Assembly: GCA_046563655.1 (NCBI GenBank)
Contig: CM102285.1
Span: 15,190,001-15,254,000, forward strand
DNA: 64,000 nucleotides
Source: Yuukianura sp. NJ FZ-2021
Lineage: Eukaryota
Reading direction: 5' to 3'
In this document: positions 35,556 through 48,371 of the stretch, piece after piece
How positions within the stretch are numbered: position 1 is the stretch's first letter
Layout of the letters: the number at the start of each line of letters is the position of its first letter
Notes under the pieces: generated by a model
Told to the model about the DNA's origin: nothing
Databases searched by the model: none
Seen by the model: the letters and a program-made list of their open reading frames with translations, nothing else
Position numbers and translations under genes: made by a program

Positions 35556-38043
35556 TTAAATCAAATCTGGCAGTTTGAGTGATGCTAAATTGATTCCATC
35601 TCCTTTGTACTCGCTAATTAGTTTGAGTAGTCCAAGTTTTTTGGAACCATCGGAATTCTCCAGTTCATAAACAGAGCAGAGGTTTAGAATGACGTTTTCC
35701 TGGAGACTCTGCGGCATGTTCTGCTGAACTGTCGTCTCCATCAAGGCCAAACTCTCTTTCACATTTCCCAAGTACAAGTGACACACTGCCAAGTTGTTCG
35801 TGATCTAAAATTGAAAAAAGTTTGAATTTCAGTAATTTTGTTTTGAGTTTTTTGGATTTTTTTTTTAAATTTTGAAATTCCCCGACCATAAAGTTTTCTG
35901 GTTGGAGCATGAGAGCCTGTCTGAGGAATTCCACTGCTTCGAGAAACTGATTCTGCGAAATGGCGAGTAAAGCGGAATCGACGAGTGAATCCACTTGGTC
36001 CACTTCGGAATCTGATCGTAGGTCGGCAGCAGCTTGGAAATATGACTCAGCTGTTACCACGTCGCCATGTTGGAGGAAGAGTCGCCCAATGGCTGACTTG
36101 AGTTGAGGCAAATGGTCGCCGTCCTTGTCACACAGTTGACAGAGGAACTTGAATGCATTGTGATAGTCTTTGGCAAAGAGAGAGGAGTTGGCTAGGGAAT
36201 AGAGCACGCGCACTTCTCTTTTTCTCCAAACTCCCAAGGATTTAGCAGTGTCCACTGGACTGTCACTTCCGTCTTCGGCCAATCCTTTGCCTAAGTTCTC
36301 CAGAATCTAAACACAAATAAACTTTGTCAACTCAACGTTTTAAACTTTTCAAGTTGAAAAGTTATAAAGTTAAGCCTATAATTTGAAATTGAGTTTGTTA
36401 CTTGTCGAACGGTGTGGAGGATGTCGTAGAGTTTATTGATGGTGTCGTTGAACTTGCGCATGTACTGCGGAATCTCTGCTGCGAGGACCCTGAAGTGGAA
36501 AGGGACAAGGGAGCCCTTGACTCGAGGCCCTTTCCCATCCGAGTAGTACTCGTAGTACATGTCCGGCTTATCAAAGCCCTTGAAGGCCTCCACTTCAGCT
36601 TCTGCAGTAGAGAACTCTCGGATTCGAACGAGTAACGAGATTCGGAGGAACCACAGCTAAAGAATGAAAAAGAGAAAATCAACTAATTTCGATTGATTTG
36701 ACGTATGTGAAATCCGCAAAATTTTTGAATGGATGTAAAGAATGTTGAGACTAACTTGCAAGGAATGCGGTGTATGTTTACTGAAGTGACCAATTTTCCC
36801 AGGTCCTTGCCCCTGAAGAGTGAGGAGACGCTTGGTGAGATTAATCGCTGCTCGATAGCACCCCAACTGTTGATTAACGAAAATCAATTAATGAAACTAA
36901 ATTAATGAAACTGAATTAATGAAACTCAATTAAGATTAAGGACTGTTTTTGAGACGGTATAGTCACCTTTATAAGTTCACGGAGTCCATTGTCATCCTGC
37001 GTTGCGTTGTCGGCCGTAAACGTTTTTCGTCTACTCGCCTCCGGAGATCCGAATATCCTCCTGACGTTCACACCAACCTTGTCAACCTGAATAAACAAAT
37101 GTTTTGATAATCTTTCGCCAATTAGAACTAAATTACTCAATTACTCAATTCAACTTGAGTATTTTCTGTGTTTTACCAGGTCGTCTGCCAGAATAATGCC
37201 TGGCATTGACATGTCTTCTTTGTCTGGAACATGAGTTCCGGCTGCCACATCAGCAGAGATGGCCTGGAGGATTTTGTTGGTCCGAGCAGAAGGTATCCAT
37301 GCCTGGTAAGTCGAATCTTCTGTGCTGTAGTCCTTCCACAAGAAAGTTTCTTCTTGGGGCATTATTTTGTTAGCTTCCAGTGCCATTCCAACTGTAGGGA
37401 ACTCCACCGGATTTGGATAGAATGCTGGAGATGCTGGATGCTGGATAGATGCTGGAGGAACAGGGACAGTGTACGCTGTAGCTGGAGCCACTTCTGGTTC
37501 AGTTCTGGAAGGAACTTGGTACATTCCAGAAGGTAAATCCACTGTCTGCGATTCTAAATTCAATTGATTGTTCTTAAGTTCCACACTTTGTAACATTTGG
37601 GTGACTTCTTCACTGGAAACTGAGCCTTTAGCAGTTGGGGGTTGAGGGTCTTCAGGATCATCATCCACAAAAATGGCTATGTGAGGAGTTGATGTTGACT
37701 GGATACTGGCAGTATCCCCTCTTGAAGCTGCGGGGAATTGTGGATAGTCGTATGATGAAGACGGAGTTTCATTTGGTAGAGTTGAAGTGTCTCCAGACTG
37801 CAAGTCGTCTGCTAGCATGGACACCATGGAATTGGTTTTGGACATGGCTGCAGTTGGAGTAGGAATGTATGGATCCATAGGTGGGGGAGTGTACAATGTG
37901 GGTGATACGCTGTCCTTCTTCGGTATGGTGTAGGCAATCGTATCAAAAGTACTGGATTTGGAACTGGAACTCGGATTGTTAGAACCGGTGGAAAATACTG
38001 TCAGGACTTTTGGCTCTCCGTCGTCGCTTGAGCTGGAATCCAT
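35556..38043 (-). CDS. TRAPPC12: Trafficking protein particle complex subunit 12 (TTC15), TPR protein
   Basis: Six exons. CYRAAINLTKRLL..GQG..HTPHSLQLWF.R, FDKPDMYYEYY..GSLVPF.FRVL.AE.PQY, WRKRE.RV.YS, NNLAVC.LYLG, NLCSVYELE, C-terminal SLKL. Confidence 0.93.
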
Positions 38044-38966
38044 TGTTAATTTATAACTTTTAGAATCCCCTTAAGGTCATGCGAATGGCTGGCAACTTAA
38101 AAACAAACAAAAAGCAAAACATTTAGGCCCAGAAATTAATCACAAAGCATTGAGAACGTAATTAAGGAAGCGAAATAACGTGGGATGGACATAGAGATCT
38201 TACAGATATGATATGATCAACTTCTTGCGTTATTTCTGGAAACCGGTTTCTACCGGTTGATTTGTTGGATGCGGAGACTGAAAGAGTGCAGATTGATTAA
38301 ATTGTAATCATGAATTAACGTTTTTATAGTTTTTAATTATACCTTGCAATGATGTGGATGAGTGGATGTCAACAAACTGTTGTTTCAGTTTGGCATACAC
38401 AGAGATCAGCTGATGAGGTGGTCCAGTGTGGGGTACTTGGGGGGACCAAAAACGTGCAAAAAATTTAGTTCCACCTTGCAAGCTGCAAGTTTTTGCAACT
38501 TTGGAATAAATTGCGTCGTTGCATCAAGAGTACGGTGATGATATGAATTGATTAACTATAGTCTCCCCTCTGCTAAATACTAAGTGATAAGGTTATAGTC
38601 CTAGTGAACAACTTGTAAACATTGCATAGCTACACCAGCGGAAAATTATTAAACTACAGAATTGCTAAAGGGAAGTGTGTCCAATTCCTCCTGGAATCAT
38701 CAATTAACTTCGTTCTAAAGTCGGGTAAGGAACGATTTAAGTCAAGGTCATTGTCATTACACATCAATCAACCAATTGTTTGTGTACATCCTACAGTTAC
38801 TTGTATAAACTCATTGTTTTCATTTATTTTTTAGACAGTAACCAGTTCAAGTGAGTAACCTTGAGGAAGAAAGTGTGCTGTCAGCATATGGTCAAAGTTC
38901 ACTCAATTACTCCAAGTAACAGCAGATAAAGTTCGCTAAAAAGCTCAATCTTCCAACAGTTCCAAG

Positions 38967-39572
38967 ATGTCGGACAAGGAATCAGACGACACTGCGTCCG
39001 CTCCACAACAACCAGCTCATCAGCAAGCAGGTACACTTATCAAAACATTCAATTACTAATTAGTTCCAGTACTAATTGGATTATGCCCTAACTGGACTGT
39101 GGACTATGATGTTTATGTTTCAGTCAAGGCCGGAGGGATGAGGATCGTTCAGGACAAATCTCGTTTGAAGAAGAAGTCCACCAGCGAGGATACAGTGCCA
39201 CAAGTTGAAGGTTCGGACGTTTACACGATTCATTTAAAAACGATTGAGTTACTACAGGTTTTTAGAAATCACATTTTGATTATCAATGTTTGTCTTTTGT
39301 AGGTGTTCCGCATGTTCAAAACAGGTAAGTGGAACAGAGAAGTAGCGTGCTAGTTGTGATAGGTCAAGTTGATGTTATCTTGGTAATTTAATTTGTGGTT
39401 AATCCATGATTTGTGTGTTGGTAGCCCTCCAAAGGCAGCAGCATATCTGAAGGGAGACGACAATGTGGAGTTCTCTGCCAAGGCTGTCCAGGCTTTCCAT
39501 GATAAACCGGAGCCAACACGCAATGCACACGCTAACCAAAAACCACACATCCTGCACCAGCCACGCAAGTAA
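38967..39572 (+). CDS. DAP: Death-associated protein 1 (DAP family)
   Basis: Four exons including a 22-nt micro-exon (39303-39324). AVKAGGMRIVQ, F..KAVQAFHDKP and terminal ILHQPRK* are DAP-family hallmarks. Confidence 0.9.
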
Positions 39573-40004
39573 AGTTCCAGCCCCACCCTGGATTTTGGTC
39601 AAAGGTTCTTCAACACTTAATCACTTTTCATTTACAATTCAACTCTTCTTCCTGGACAACTCGAGTACCTTGGTCCCTTATTCGGCCATTTATTTTCTAA
39701 AAAACTAAAAAGAAAATTAGAAAATTCTTAAAAAAACGGGAGGTTTTCAAAGTTTAATTTGGGGTAAATGACCACTGGATGGGAAATGGATGAATTAATT
39801 AGCTACACTTATATTTTGGGGCTGTGTGCATAATATATTTTCTTAAGATTGAGTCTAATTTGTTTCAAACTCCCTTGGTTTAATAATCAATCAGAAATAG
39901 CTGCAATTTGTAAAATTGAAAACGCAGCTCCTTTTAGGATAAGAAAGTATAACATTGGTTGAGGTCAAAAGTAATCCAGGGGTGGGTCTAATCAATTAAT
40001 CAAA

Positions 40005-41288
40005 TTAATTAATCAGATCACTGTATTGGCTCTTCACGGTGGTCAATAAATCGGTTAATTCCTTCAACATTTTGGCAGCATCTTTTTCCATCTCACTTTT
40101 TTCATTGTATTTCCCTTCTTCGTCGTATGTTGTAAGTATTTCAGTCACTGAACGGAATACTTTGGTCAGTTTTTGACGTTCCTCGGCCGTAAAGAAGATT
40201 CGTGTTACAGGAAATCTGGACAAGGTAAAACATTCAAATTAAAATCATAAACTAATTAGTTGATTCACTTTCTGACCTTTGACTCTGACTCATTATTTGC
40301 AGAACTTTGAGCGAGAACCGAGCTGTGTCCAAATCCTGGACAACTTGAGTCAATACTTCCAGAATGCTTGGCAACATGTCCACTGGCACCTCAAATCCAA
40401 ATACTTTCTCCAGTGCACAATCTTGTTCCTCTCCTGTCAACTGTCGGAGATACGCCGCTTTCCCAGTGTCGTCGTTTCCCAATTCCTTCCAGACTTGCAC
40501 AAATTCATCAATTCCTTTGGGCACCTTCAGCGATTTGCCAATTTCCAGTTGAGTTTTGACACAACAATCGTCGGAATTCCCACGATCACCAACTGCTACG
40601 CTGTTCCAAACAACTTTGCTATTCATGGCTGCTCCAGGTCCCAGGTTGTCTTTGTCCCGCTTGTCCAGTGGACGCAGATGTGCTGCTAGTACTATTTGAC
40701 TGGAAAAACGTTACAGAAGTGACATTAATTGTAATTAATTGATTAATTAAGTGATCAGTGGACAAAGCTTAGAGGATTCTGTTTTGGCGTCCTCTCGTGG
40801 TTGGAATTTGCGTGTAAAAGGGGAAGGGATGCTGCTCTCCGGTTGGCTCCTCTTTTGTTTTTGTTCAAAAGAATCAAATCTCTGTGTTCAGCTCCACTTC
40901 CCTACTGTAAACAACGTAACTACTAACGTTAACGTAAACTGACTAAATTTTAGACTAATCGATCCAGTGACGACGGTTAGGAATCATCTAAGCATTTGGT
41001 TTTAGGAGAAGAGTGTTGGCCAACCTATAACATTGAGAACAACCACGAGAAGAGTTCGGTCTAACGTATTTTAATTACGCAGTTGAACAATTACCGAAAG
41101 TCTTCGTAAGTTCCGACGGTATTTACTGCCCTAATTTTAGCTTCGTTCTGGATCCAGTACGTTTTGTCTGACTCCAGTTGTCGTTCCAAATCCAATGCCA
41201 ATTTAGCGTAGTCCAGGCAGTACTCCTTGCACTTCTTCCTTCCAGTAGCTGAACGTTCAGTTCCTGGAGTAACGTTACTCTTATCCAT
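40005..41288 (-). CDS. CCDC103: Dynein assembly factor CCDC103 (dynein-attachment N domain + RPAP3-C-like domain)
   Basis: Exons 41288-41095, 40699-40277, 40215-40005 (828 nt). YWIQNEAKIRAV...YEDFRQIVLAAHLRPL, WNSVA, EF...W, LEKVFGFEVP, SQRF...IFF..EE. Confidence 0.88.
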
Positions 41289-41584
41289 AACTGGATATGA
41301 TACTAATAGTCAATTAGTTGTCCAGAAATAAGCACTGACCAGCCGTATTTTGACTTTACCAATTACCAACCAACTATTTTTCTTTGGATTTGTTCTTGGG
41401 AGTTCAACTATTGATCAAACAATGTGTTGATTTACTTTTGATTTTAAAGAATGTTGTCGTGCCAACCTTAACTCCTTTTTTTTTTAAAATTTCAGATTAC
41501 TATCTTTGGTGGATGTCCTTTTTCCAAAGGTTGATCAAGGAACAATCTACTAATTAACTACAACTGACAGCATATACTCATACA

Positions 41585-44500
41585 ATGTCCACCGAAGTCG
41601 TTGTCAAACCTACATCCCCAACTGCGGTACATCTTAAGAATTCATTGAATTAATCCAAGATTAATCCAAGGTCATTGTTATCTGTTTTTATTTGAAATGT
41701 TGATTGTTAGGAGGGAGAATTGGTGCATGACTCGGAGGAATACGAAAGTGCAGAGGAAATAGAGGAAGAGTACGAAGAAGAAGAGGAAGTGGAAGAGATC
41801 GAAGTGGAAGTAGAAGAAGATGACGAAGAAGATGAAGAGCCAAAGGACGATGAAGGGAAGGAGAAGGCATTGGACGACGATGAAGATAGAAAGAACCCCC
41901 AATTTATTCCGAAGAAAGGCTACTTCTACGAGCATGATGATCGCATGATGGCTGAAGACATGCCTGGGTAACACTTTTTCCAACAATTCATATCCAGTTT
42001 AGCTTGTCTAATTATTCTGGTTTTTAGTGAGGAAGAACCTCCAGCGAAAGAGGAGCGTCCAAGGAAAGAGAGTGTGACGAAGGTGAAGGAGAAAGTCATT
42101 TCTGATCGGTGGGCGCATGATCTCTTTGATGAAAGTGAGCAAGCCCCAAAGTCCTCCGGTGAACTTGAGGAACGTTATGGATACGACATTCGGTCCGACG
42201 ATATGGCGCCACGAGCACGTCGCAAAAGAGTCTACGGGTAAGTATTTTTATTGAAAAATGTAGATTGTGTTGATTTTTTATGCCAAATTTGAATTTTTTT
42301 GTGAATCGATTCTAATTTACAGTCGCGGTCCAACGAAATACACGCGTAACTGGGAGGAAGAAGAGGCTTATCATCGTCCTCGTGGTGGATTTCGAGGTCG
42401 CAGAGCTGGAACGCGAGGTCGCGATGTTCGTCAACCTGCTCGACGTGGTTCAAAGGGCTACGATGAAGATTTTCCTCAACTTCCGGACGATGTTGGTTCA
42501 AAAGAGAATGAAGAGAAGACTGGAGATGGGAAATCAGCTGACATTTTCGATTCAAAAGCTAAAAATGAAGGACGAGACCGCCGAGGTCGAGGTGGAGCAG
42601 TTCCACGTCCACGTCGGGAAGAAGATGAAGTGAATGATCAAGATGATAAAGATAGGAATTATGGGCGTGGCCAGCCGCGTACTGGGCGTGGAAGAGGACG
42701 ACGAAATGAGTTTGCCAATAGAAATCGCTATCCGGATCGACGTGGAAGTGGCAGCACTGAAGCCAACAGTACTTCAACCAATCGTGTCAAATCCAGAGAA
42801 GAACAACGTGAGTGGGAACAGAAAGTTGATCGGATGAGGGAGCAAGATAAAGCGCAGAAGCAAGCGAATGGAACTCGTCGCAATTTGTCTCCTTCAGAAC
42901 GAGAGTTTTCAGCGTCTAAAAGTCCTGGAAGTGGAAAAGCACAGCAACAAAAGAAAGCGACGCTGCCATTCACGAATACAGAGTACACTGGAAGCGCCAG
43001 TTTAACAGCCAATAGGAATCAAGAATCTAAAGGCTCCACCTACAAGGGGGAGGAGTCACAAGGTGGGAATGGGCGGGATAATATCAGTGTCAAGGTCATC
43101 AATGCTGGACCAGAGCAGGGAAACAGAGAAGTTCGAATCTCTGACAAGGATCGTCCTGGCGGTAAGTTACTAAATGTTTTTTAAAGTTTGTTTTAAAAAT
43201 TGAATATTTTTCAAAAATGTTGTTTTAAATTGAAAGTTTTGTGTTTTTGTTTAGCTCAACATTCGGGAATGGACAGGCGGAATCAGGCCCCAGCAACACG
43301 CCCACAAGCACAACAACAACCGCCAGAAACTGCGAAACCCAAGAGATTTTCTACTCAACGTCAAAAGCAGGACGTTGCGCTTGGAACTTCGCAAGTATCT
43401 GCATCTCCACCTCCAGTACAGAGAGGAGGAGGAGCCAATAACTCACCTCAACCAATCGGTGTTCAAATGGCTTCGAATGTTCCAGCATCAGTCATGTCTG
43501 GATATAACCCAGCACCACATTCACAAACTTACTACGATCAAGGTACCATTTCAAAATTTTGGAATTTCTAATACAATCACAACTTTTGGTTGAATTTTGA
43601 TTAATTTTTTGTTTTTGTTTCAGTCCCAGTTCAAATGCCAACCAATTACGATGCACAGCGCTACGAAAGTTCCGGAAGTCCGATCACAGTTCCGATTTCA
43701 GCTCACGGTCACGGACCGTCTGCTTCACCATCGCTTTGGACATCACAACATTCTGCTTACTCAACTTCCCCTTATCCTTCACCACCAACTGGCCCCGCCC
43801 CCTCGGTCCAACCACCCTACGATCCAAGTGGCTACATTGGAGGTCCACAACCACAGATATTTGCTCCTCCTCCTCATCCTCATCCGCAGTTCATCTCTGA
43901 TCCAACAATTATCAACTATGTCCCACCAGTTCCACCTCAATCCTATCCACCTCCCTTCCACCCTCAAGGATTTCAAGGGTATCAACCAGTGGTAAGAATA
44001 TGACTTAATTAATTTAGTATTACTATTTAATTATTGATTAATTAGTAATTTAAGTGATTAGTGATTAAATTCCTTTTGTTTGTTTTAGAATCCAGTTGGA
44101 GGACCTGAACTGTATCACGGAGGAGTGACCTACTACAGTCCACAGACGCAGATGCAGCGACCCCACATGATGGTTCCGTCGAAGCGGCCGAAGTCTGTTC
44201 TTCAGTTGGTGGAACCGTCGAAACAGAACTTGCGTCAAGGCCCTCGTCCTCATTTGCCATCACAGGAAGAAGCTCTCCTCATTTCTGACATGTACCTTCA
44301 TCAATATCGCGAGGAATCTCTGCCTCATGTTGTGGACTACATGAACACAAGCACCACTTCTTCAGAATTCACTGCAACCAAGACAGCCACGGAACAATTG
44401 GCACAAAAGTTCGACGAATCAGTCAGACTCCAACCAAAACCAGAGCGGTGAGGCTCAAAACTCAAAAACTCTTATCAATTACAGAATTGGTTTGATTTTT

Positions 44501-44694
44501 ACTGGATTTGTTTATTTAGGGTCAAGAAAAGTCCTTCTCCAGCCCCGATTGACTTGACGGAATCTCCGAGTTGGGCTGATCAAATGGCAGATTTGACTCC
44601 GCTCAGTTCCCCTTCGGAACAAAGTTCCAGGAAGAATTCGGACTTTCAAGGGGTCAACTTGGACAAGGTCGGCGGAGAGGGAAAGGCGGAGTGA
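41585..44694 (+). CDS. CASC3: Exon-junction complex subunit CASC3 / Barentsz (MLN51)
   Basis: About 8 exons. SELOR/Btz domain LDDDEDRKNPQFIPKKGYFYEHDDR...RWAHDLF.E.EQAPKS..EL..RYGYDIR, plus PKRFSTQRQ and GVTYY motifs; stop TGA 44692-44694. Confidence 0.92.
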
Positions 44695-45318
44695 TGGAAT
44701 GCAATGCGGTAGCTTCGTTGTTTTTTGAAATATTTGTAATGAGGTTACAAGTATTTAACTTTTACTTTAATTGCTTTGACTAACTTGTTTTTCTAACAAG
44801 GGCACTGTAAAATAGGATAACGTTTTTTGTCTTTTAATCTTGACGCATCAAAAAACCTTGAACCTTTCAACATCACATTATGAGAATGCTTGGGAATTTT
44901 AGTGTTTTAAAATTAATTGTTGTACACATTGTGTGTAAAGTTGATGTTATGCGTGTAAACTGAAAAACTAAATGTAGTTGTTGCAAAACCGATTGTTTTT
45001 CAATTTTAACTTGGAAATATTGTATCCATGTTGTGGGTTAACAGTTAAGAATCAATAAATTCACAATTATGAAGAGCATACACCTTTCTGTACACATTTA
45101 TTTCTGCTACTTTTCATCTAGTGGTTGATTGGTTGTTAAAAACTTGAACCAAAGAATAGGGAAGCGACTATCACTGCTCAGTTAAATGCCGAACGCTTAA
45201 GTTACTACTATGATTTTAGAAATTGACTTAGAACCAGTTATGAACTGCTGGAGAATGAAACCATTGATGGAATGTTGGGATTACAAACGATGCTTGTTCT
45301 CACTTCTCAGCTGAAAAT

Positions 45319-46364
45319 TTAGCTGCTTGAATTGCCCATTTTCACTTTCGACGTCTAAAATATAAAACCAAAGATTGATTTGTAGTAATTTGTAACGACA
45401 AAACATAAAATACTAACATACCATGTAAATTCCGACGATAAGCCCGAACAGCCCAATGGCGCTTCCGAAAATTTCTACGATGAGGATTTTGACGAAAAGG
45501 GCTGGATTGGCAGCATCAGCCAGAGCAGCTCCCGAACCAACAATCCCTACGCACATTCCGCAGAAGAGGTTGACCAGACCGACAGTCAACCCTGCTGCAA
45601 ACATCAAGTAGCCTGCCATGCAATTCCGCCCTTTGATGTCCAGGTTTCCCTCTGCGTAGTCCACATCGTAGGGCTAGAAACAAATTCATTCATTCAGTAC
45701 TTTACGTACTTTACATCATTCCAAGTTAAAATGTGAGTTGGATACCTCGATGAGCCCAGCTAGAACGATAGCTGTGATGAGTCCGTAAATGGCAACAGCT
45801 TCGCAGAAGATGACAGAGATGAGATTCTTGGTTTTTATCCTTGGTGCCTTCACACCTCCACCAATGATTGAAACTCCCGTGGAGTGAATTCCTCTGTGTC
45901 AATTTCAAAAGGAAATTAAAGATTGAAACTTCATGCGACAAAATGAGGTTAACTTACAATGCAGCTCCAACGACGGACAACGCAACAGAAAGACCAGCCC
46001 CAGTGGAAGCCCACAGGTAAGGAGACGTCTCAGTGAGGAACCTTAATAAAAGATACCAAATAAGATTGACGATTAGCTATCGTTTTCGTTACTATTTGTC
46101 AATTTCGACTAAAGGCTAAGAGAAAAGTAGAGTAATACCATCCAAAATCGATTCTTTCGCCTTCTCCAAGGATGATAACGTAGAACAAACCTGGAATCAC
46201 AATAACAAAGTGAGAAATTATGTAAGATGTAAGAACAACGCGATTACATATATGATTACATTGAACATGAACTTACCGATGAGTGTAACAGCTGTAACTG
46301 AAGTGAGAGCTATTGTGTATCCAACGATTGGACCCACGCCATATCCCCCATACGATGAAGACAT
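45319..46364 (-). CDS. ATP6V0B: V-ATPase V0 proteolipid subunit c'' (21 kDa)
   Basis: Six exons. [101 protein letters not shown]. Confidence 0.96.
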
Positions 46365-46499
46365 GTTGATCCACGTAAACACTCAATCAATTTACTAATC
46401 TGCAAAACAATTAACTCAATTTAATTAACTAATCTGCGTTCCATATGATTTTTGCAAGGACCAAAGTTTTATTTAGCAGCTACGCCCAATTTTGGAGTT

Positions 46500-46688
46500 T
46501 TTTGAATTTTGGAAGAAAGTTCCCGCACTTTTGTCTCAAGTTCAAGTTGAATTGTGTCTAATACGCAGATAACTGCATCAGCGGTTCCCTGGTTATCTGA
46601 GGATTAGTCGCTGCTTATCCGGGGATTAGTCTCTATACGACTTGGAGTTGAGACAAAAAGGCGCGAACTTTCCTCCAAAGATTCAAAA
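46500..46688. mobile_element. Palindromic MITE-like element (copy D, 189 bp) in the ATP6V0B/RabX6 bidirectional promoter
   Basis: ~50-bp imperfect TIRs ttttgaattttggaagaaagttcccgcacttttgtctcaag / ttgagacaaaaaggcgcgaactttcctccaaagattcaaaa; homologous to the terminal foldback of copies A and B; no TSD found. Confidence 0.8.
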
Positions 46689-46832
46689 CATAAAATAAAT
46701 TAGAAATTAAATTTTAATAAATTCAATTCCACCATATAAATTCAAAGGATTTCAACAACACGGAAACAATTCATCAGTTTTCCATAAATTTCCTTTGGTT
46801 TTGTACAATTTATACATAAATCGTTGAGTGGA

Positions 46833-47605
46833 ATGGCCACAGCGTCTGTACCTACACTCAAGGTCATCCTGTGTGGAGAGTATGGAGTTGGAAAGAGCTC
46901 AATCTTTAGAAGATACGCCAACAACACTTTTATCACTGCCACAGATCGAAAGTCCACTCTGGGACTGGATTTCTGGACAAAGGAGTATGGCGAACCAGGA
47001 GATCGTATCAAGGTAATTACATAAAGTCACTAAAACAGAACGTTAGACGCTTTTGTGATAACTGAAAGAAGTCAATTTGTGATTGCAGCTCAGTTTGTTC
47101 GACACGGGCGGAATGGAGCGAGTAGCCTCCGTGACCTCTTCCTACTACAAATTCTCAGAAGCAGCTATCCTCGTCTTCTCACTGGACAACGCTGATTCCT
47201 TCAATTCTCTGTCTGAATATTTGCTCGAAGTTGTTGCATATGCGGAAAATGCAAAGATCTTCCTCTGTGGGAACAAATCAGACTTAAAAGTACAAGAAGT
47301 TAGCGACAGCGATGTGGAAGTATTTTGGTAAGTTATAAAATTCTTACTCTTATGCTTAAGTTGTGACTGATGCTTGTTTTTGTGTTTACAGTGAGCAGTG
47401 CTGTACGATGATCAGTGGCTACCACAAAATCAGCTGCAAAACGGGTATGGGTGTCCAAGAAATGTTTACGGATGTGGCCAACACACTGATCGAAACGTGC
47501 CGATCTCGTCTAGAGTTGAATCGCCTCGAACGGGATGAAGAAAGGAGCTTCCAAGTATTCGACACTTCGTCAACGAGTAGTCCAGATGACAACTGTGCTT
47601 GTTAA
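46833..47605 (+). CDS. RabX6: Rab-family GTPase, RabX6-like
   Basis: Three exons. KVILCGEYGVGKSS, DRKSTLGLD, FDTGGMERVASVTSSYYKF, CGNKSD, ISCK, C-terminal CAC prenylation motif; closely resembles my recollection of Drosophila RabX6. Confidence 0.85.
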
Positions 47606-48371
47606 ACTTTTATAGCACTTCAATCCGCCTCTCTTTGAGTCCATGTCCATGTTATGATTGCGCAGGCGCACGCATTTTGATTAACTCCATTTTGTACTCT
47701 TATAACATTGTACGTAGTTATAATCTAGTTCACTGCGCCGTAGTCTAGACACGTTTTTTAAAAATTGTGATTCTAAGTCATTTAACAGTGTAGTCTGATA
47801 GTTGATTTTAGACACTTTTAGAGATTAATTGACCTTAACATCGTTAAATTTGAATTCTGCCTTACCGTGACCCTGATTTCAATTTAGTTTTAGTATTAAT
47901 AAAAACTGATTTACTTTCAAAAGAGTTAAAACAAGCTTTGAAACATTTTTTGTAGGCATAAAAGTTAGGCGTTTGTTGATTTCATAGGAAGAGGTGGAAT
48001 GAAGATTGATTTGGACTCATCTGCCCTTGACTGCTTAAAAATAGCTCCCGCATCATCTTGGAACGGTTGTTTAGTCATGCATAAGACAACGCCTTTTACA
48101 CTAAAAAAATACAGTAAATCTCACTTGGCGCTTTCACCGTGGGCGTAATGTTTGTGGAGAAAGCTTTTCTTCAGATTCTAGTGAACAGCACTGCACAAAA
48201 ACCAAGTTTCATTTGCAAAAAATTTCATGTGGCGAATCTTTTGAACAGTCTTGTGGGAGATTTCAGCAAGGAAACACTTTTTATAACATTTCTCTGCTGT
48301 TTTTGCAATTCCAGATTCTTCATCTGTCAATTCTACTAACATTTAACAACAGTTGATCTGTTTTCGGAATC

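Noticed and set aside
40940..40995. ATG CTT AGA TGA TTC.. as a nested selenoprotein in the CCDC103 intron
   Set aside because: No SECIS-like element, no splice path giving a sensible ORF, and no family resemblance.
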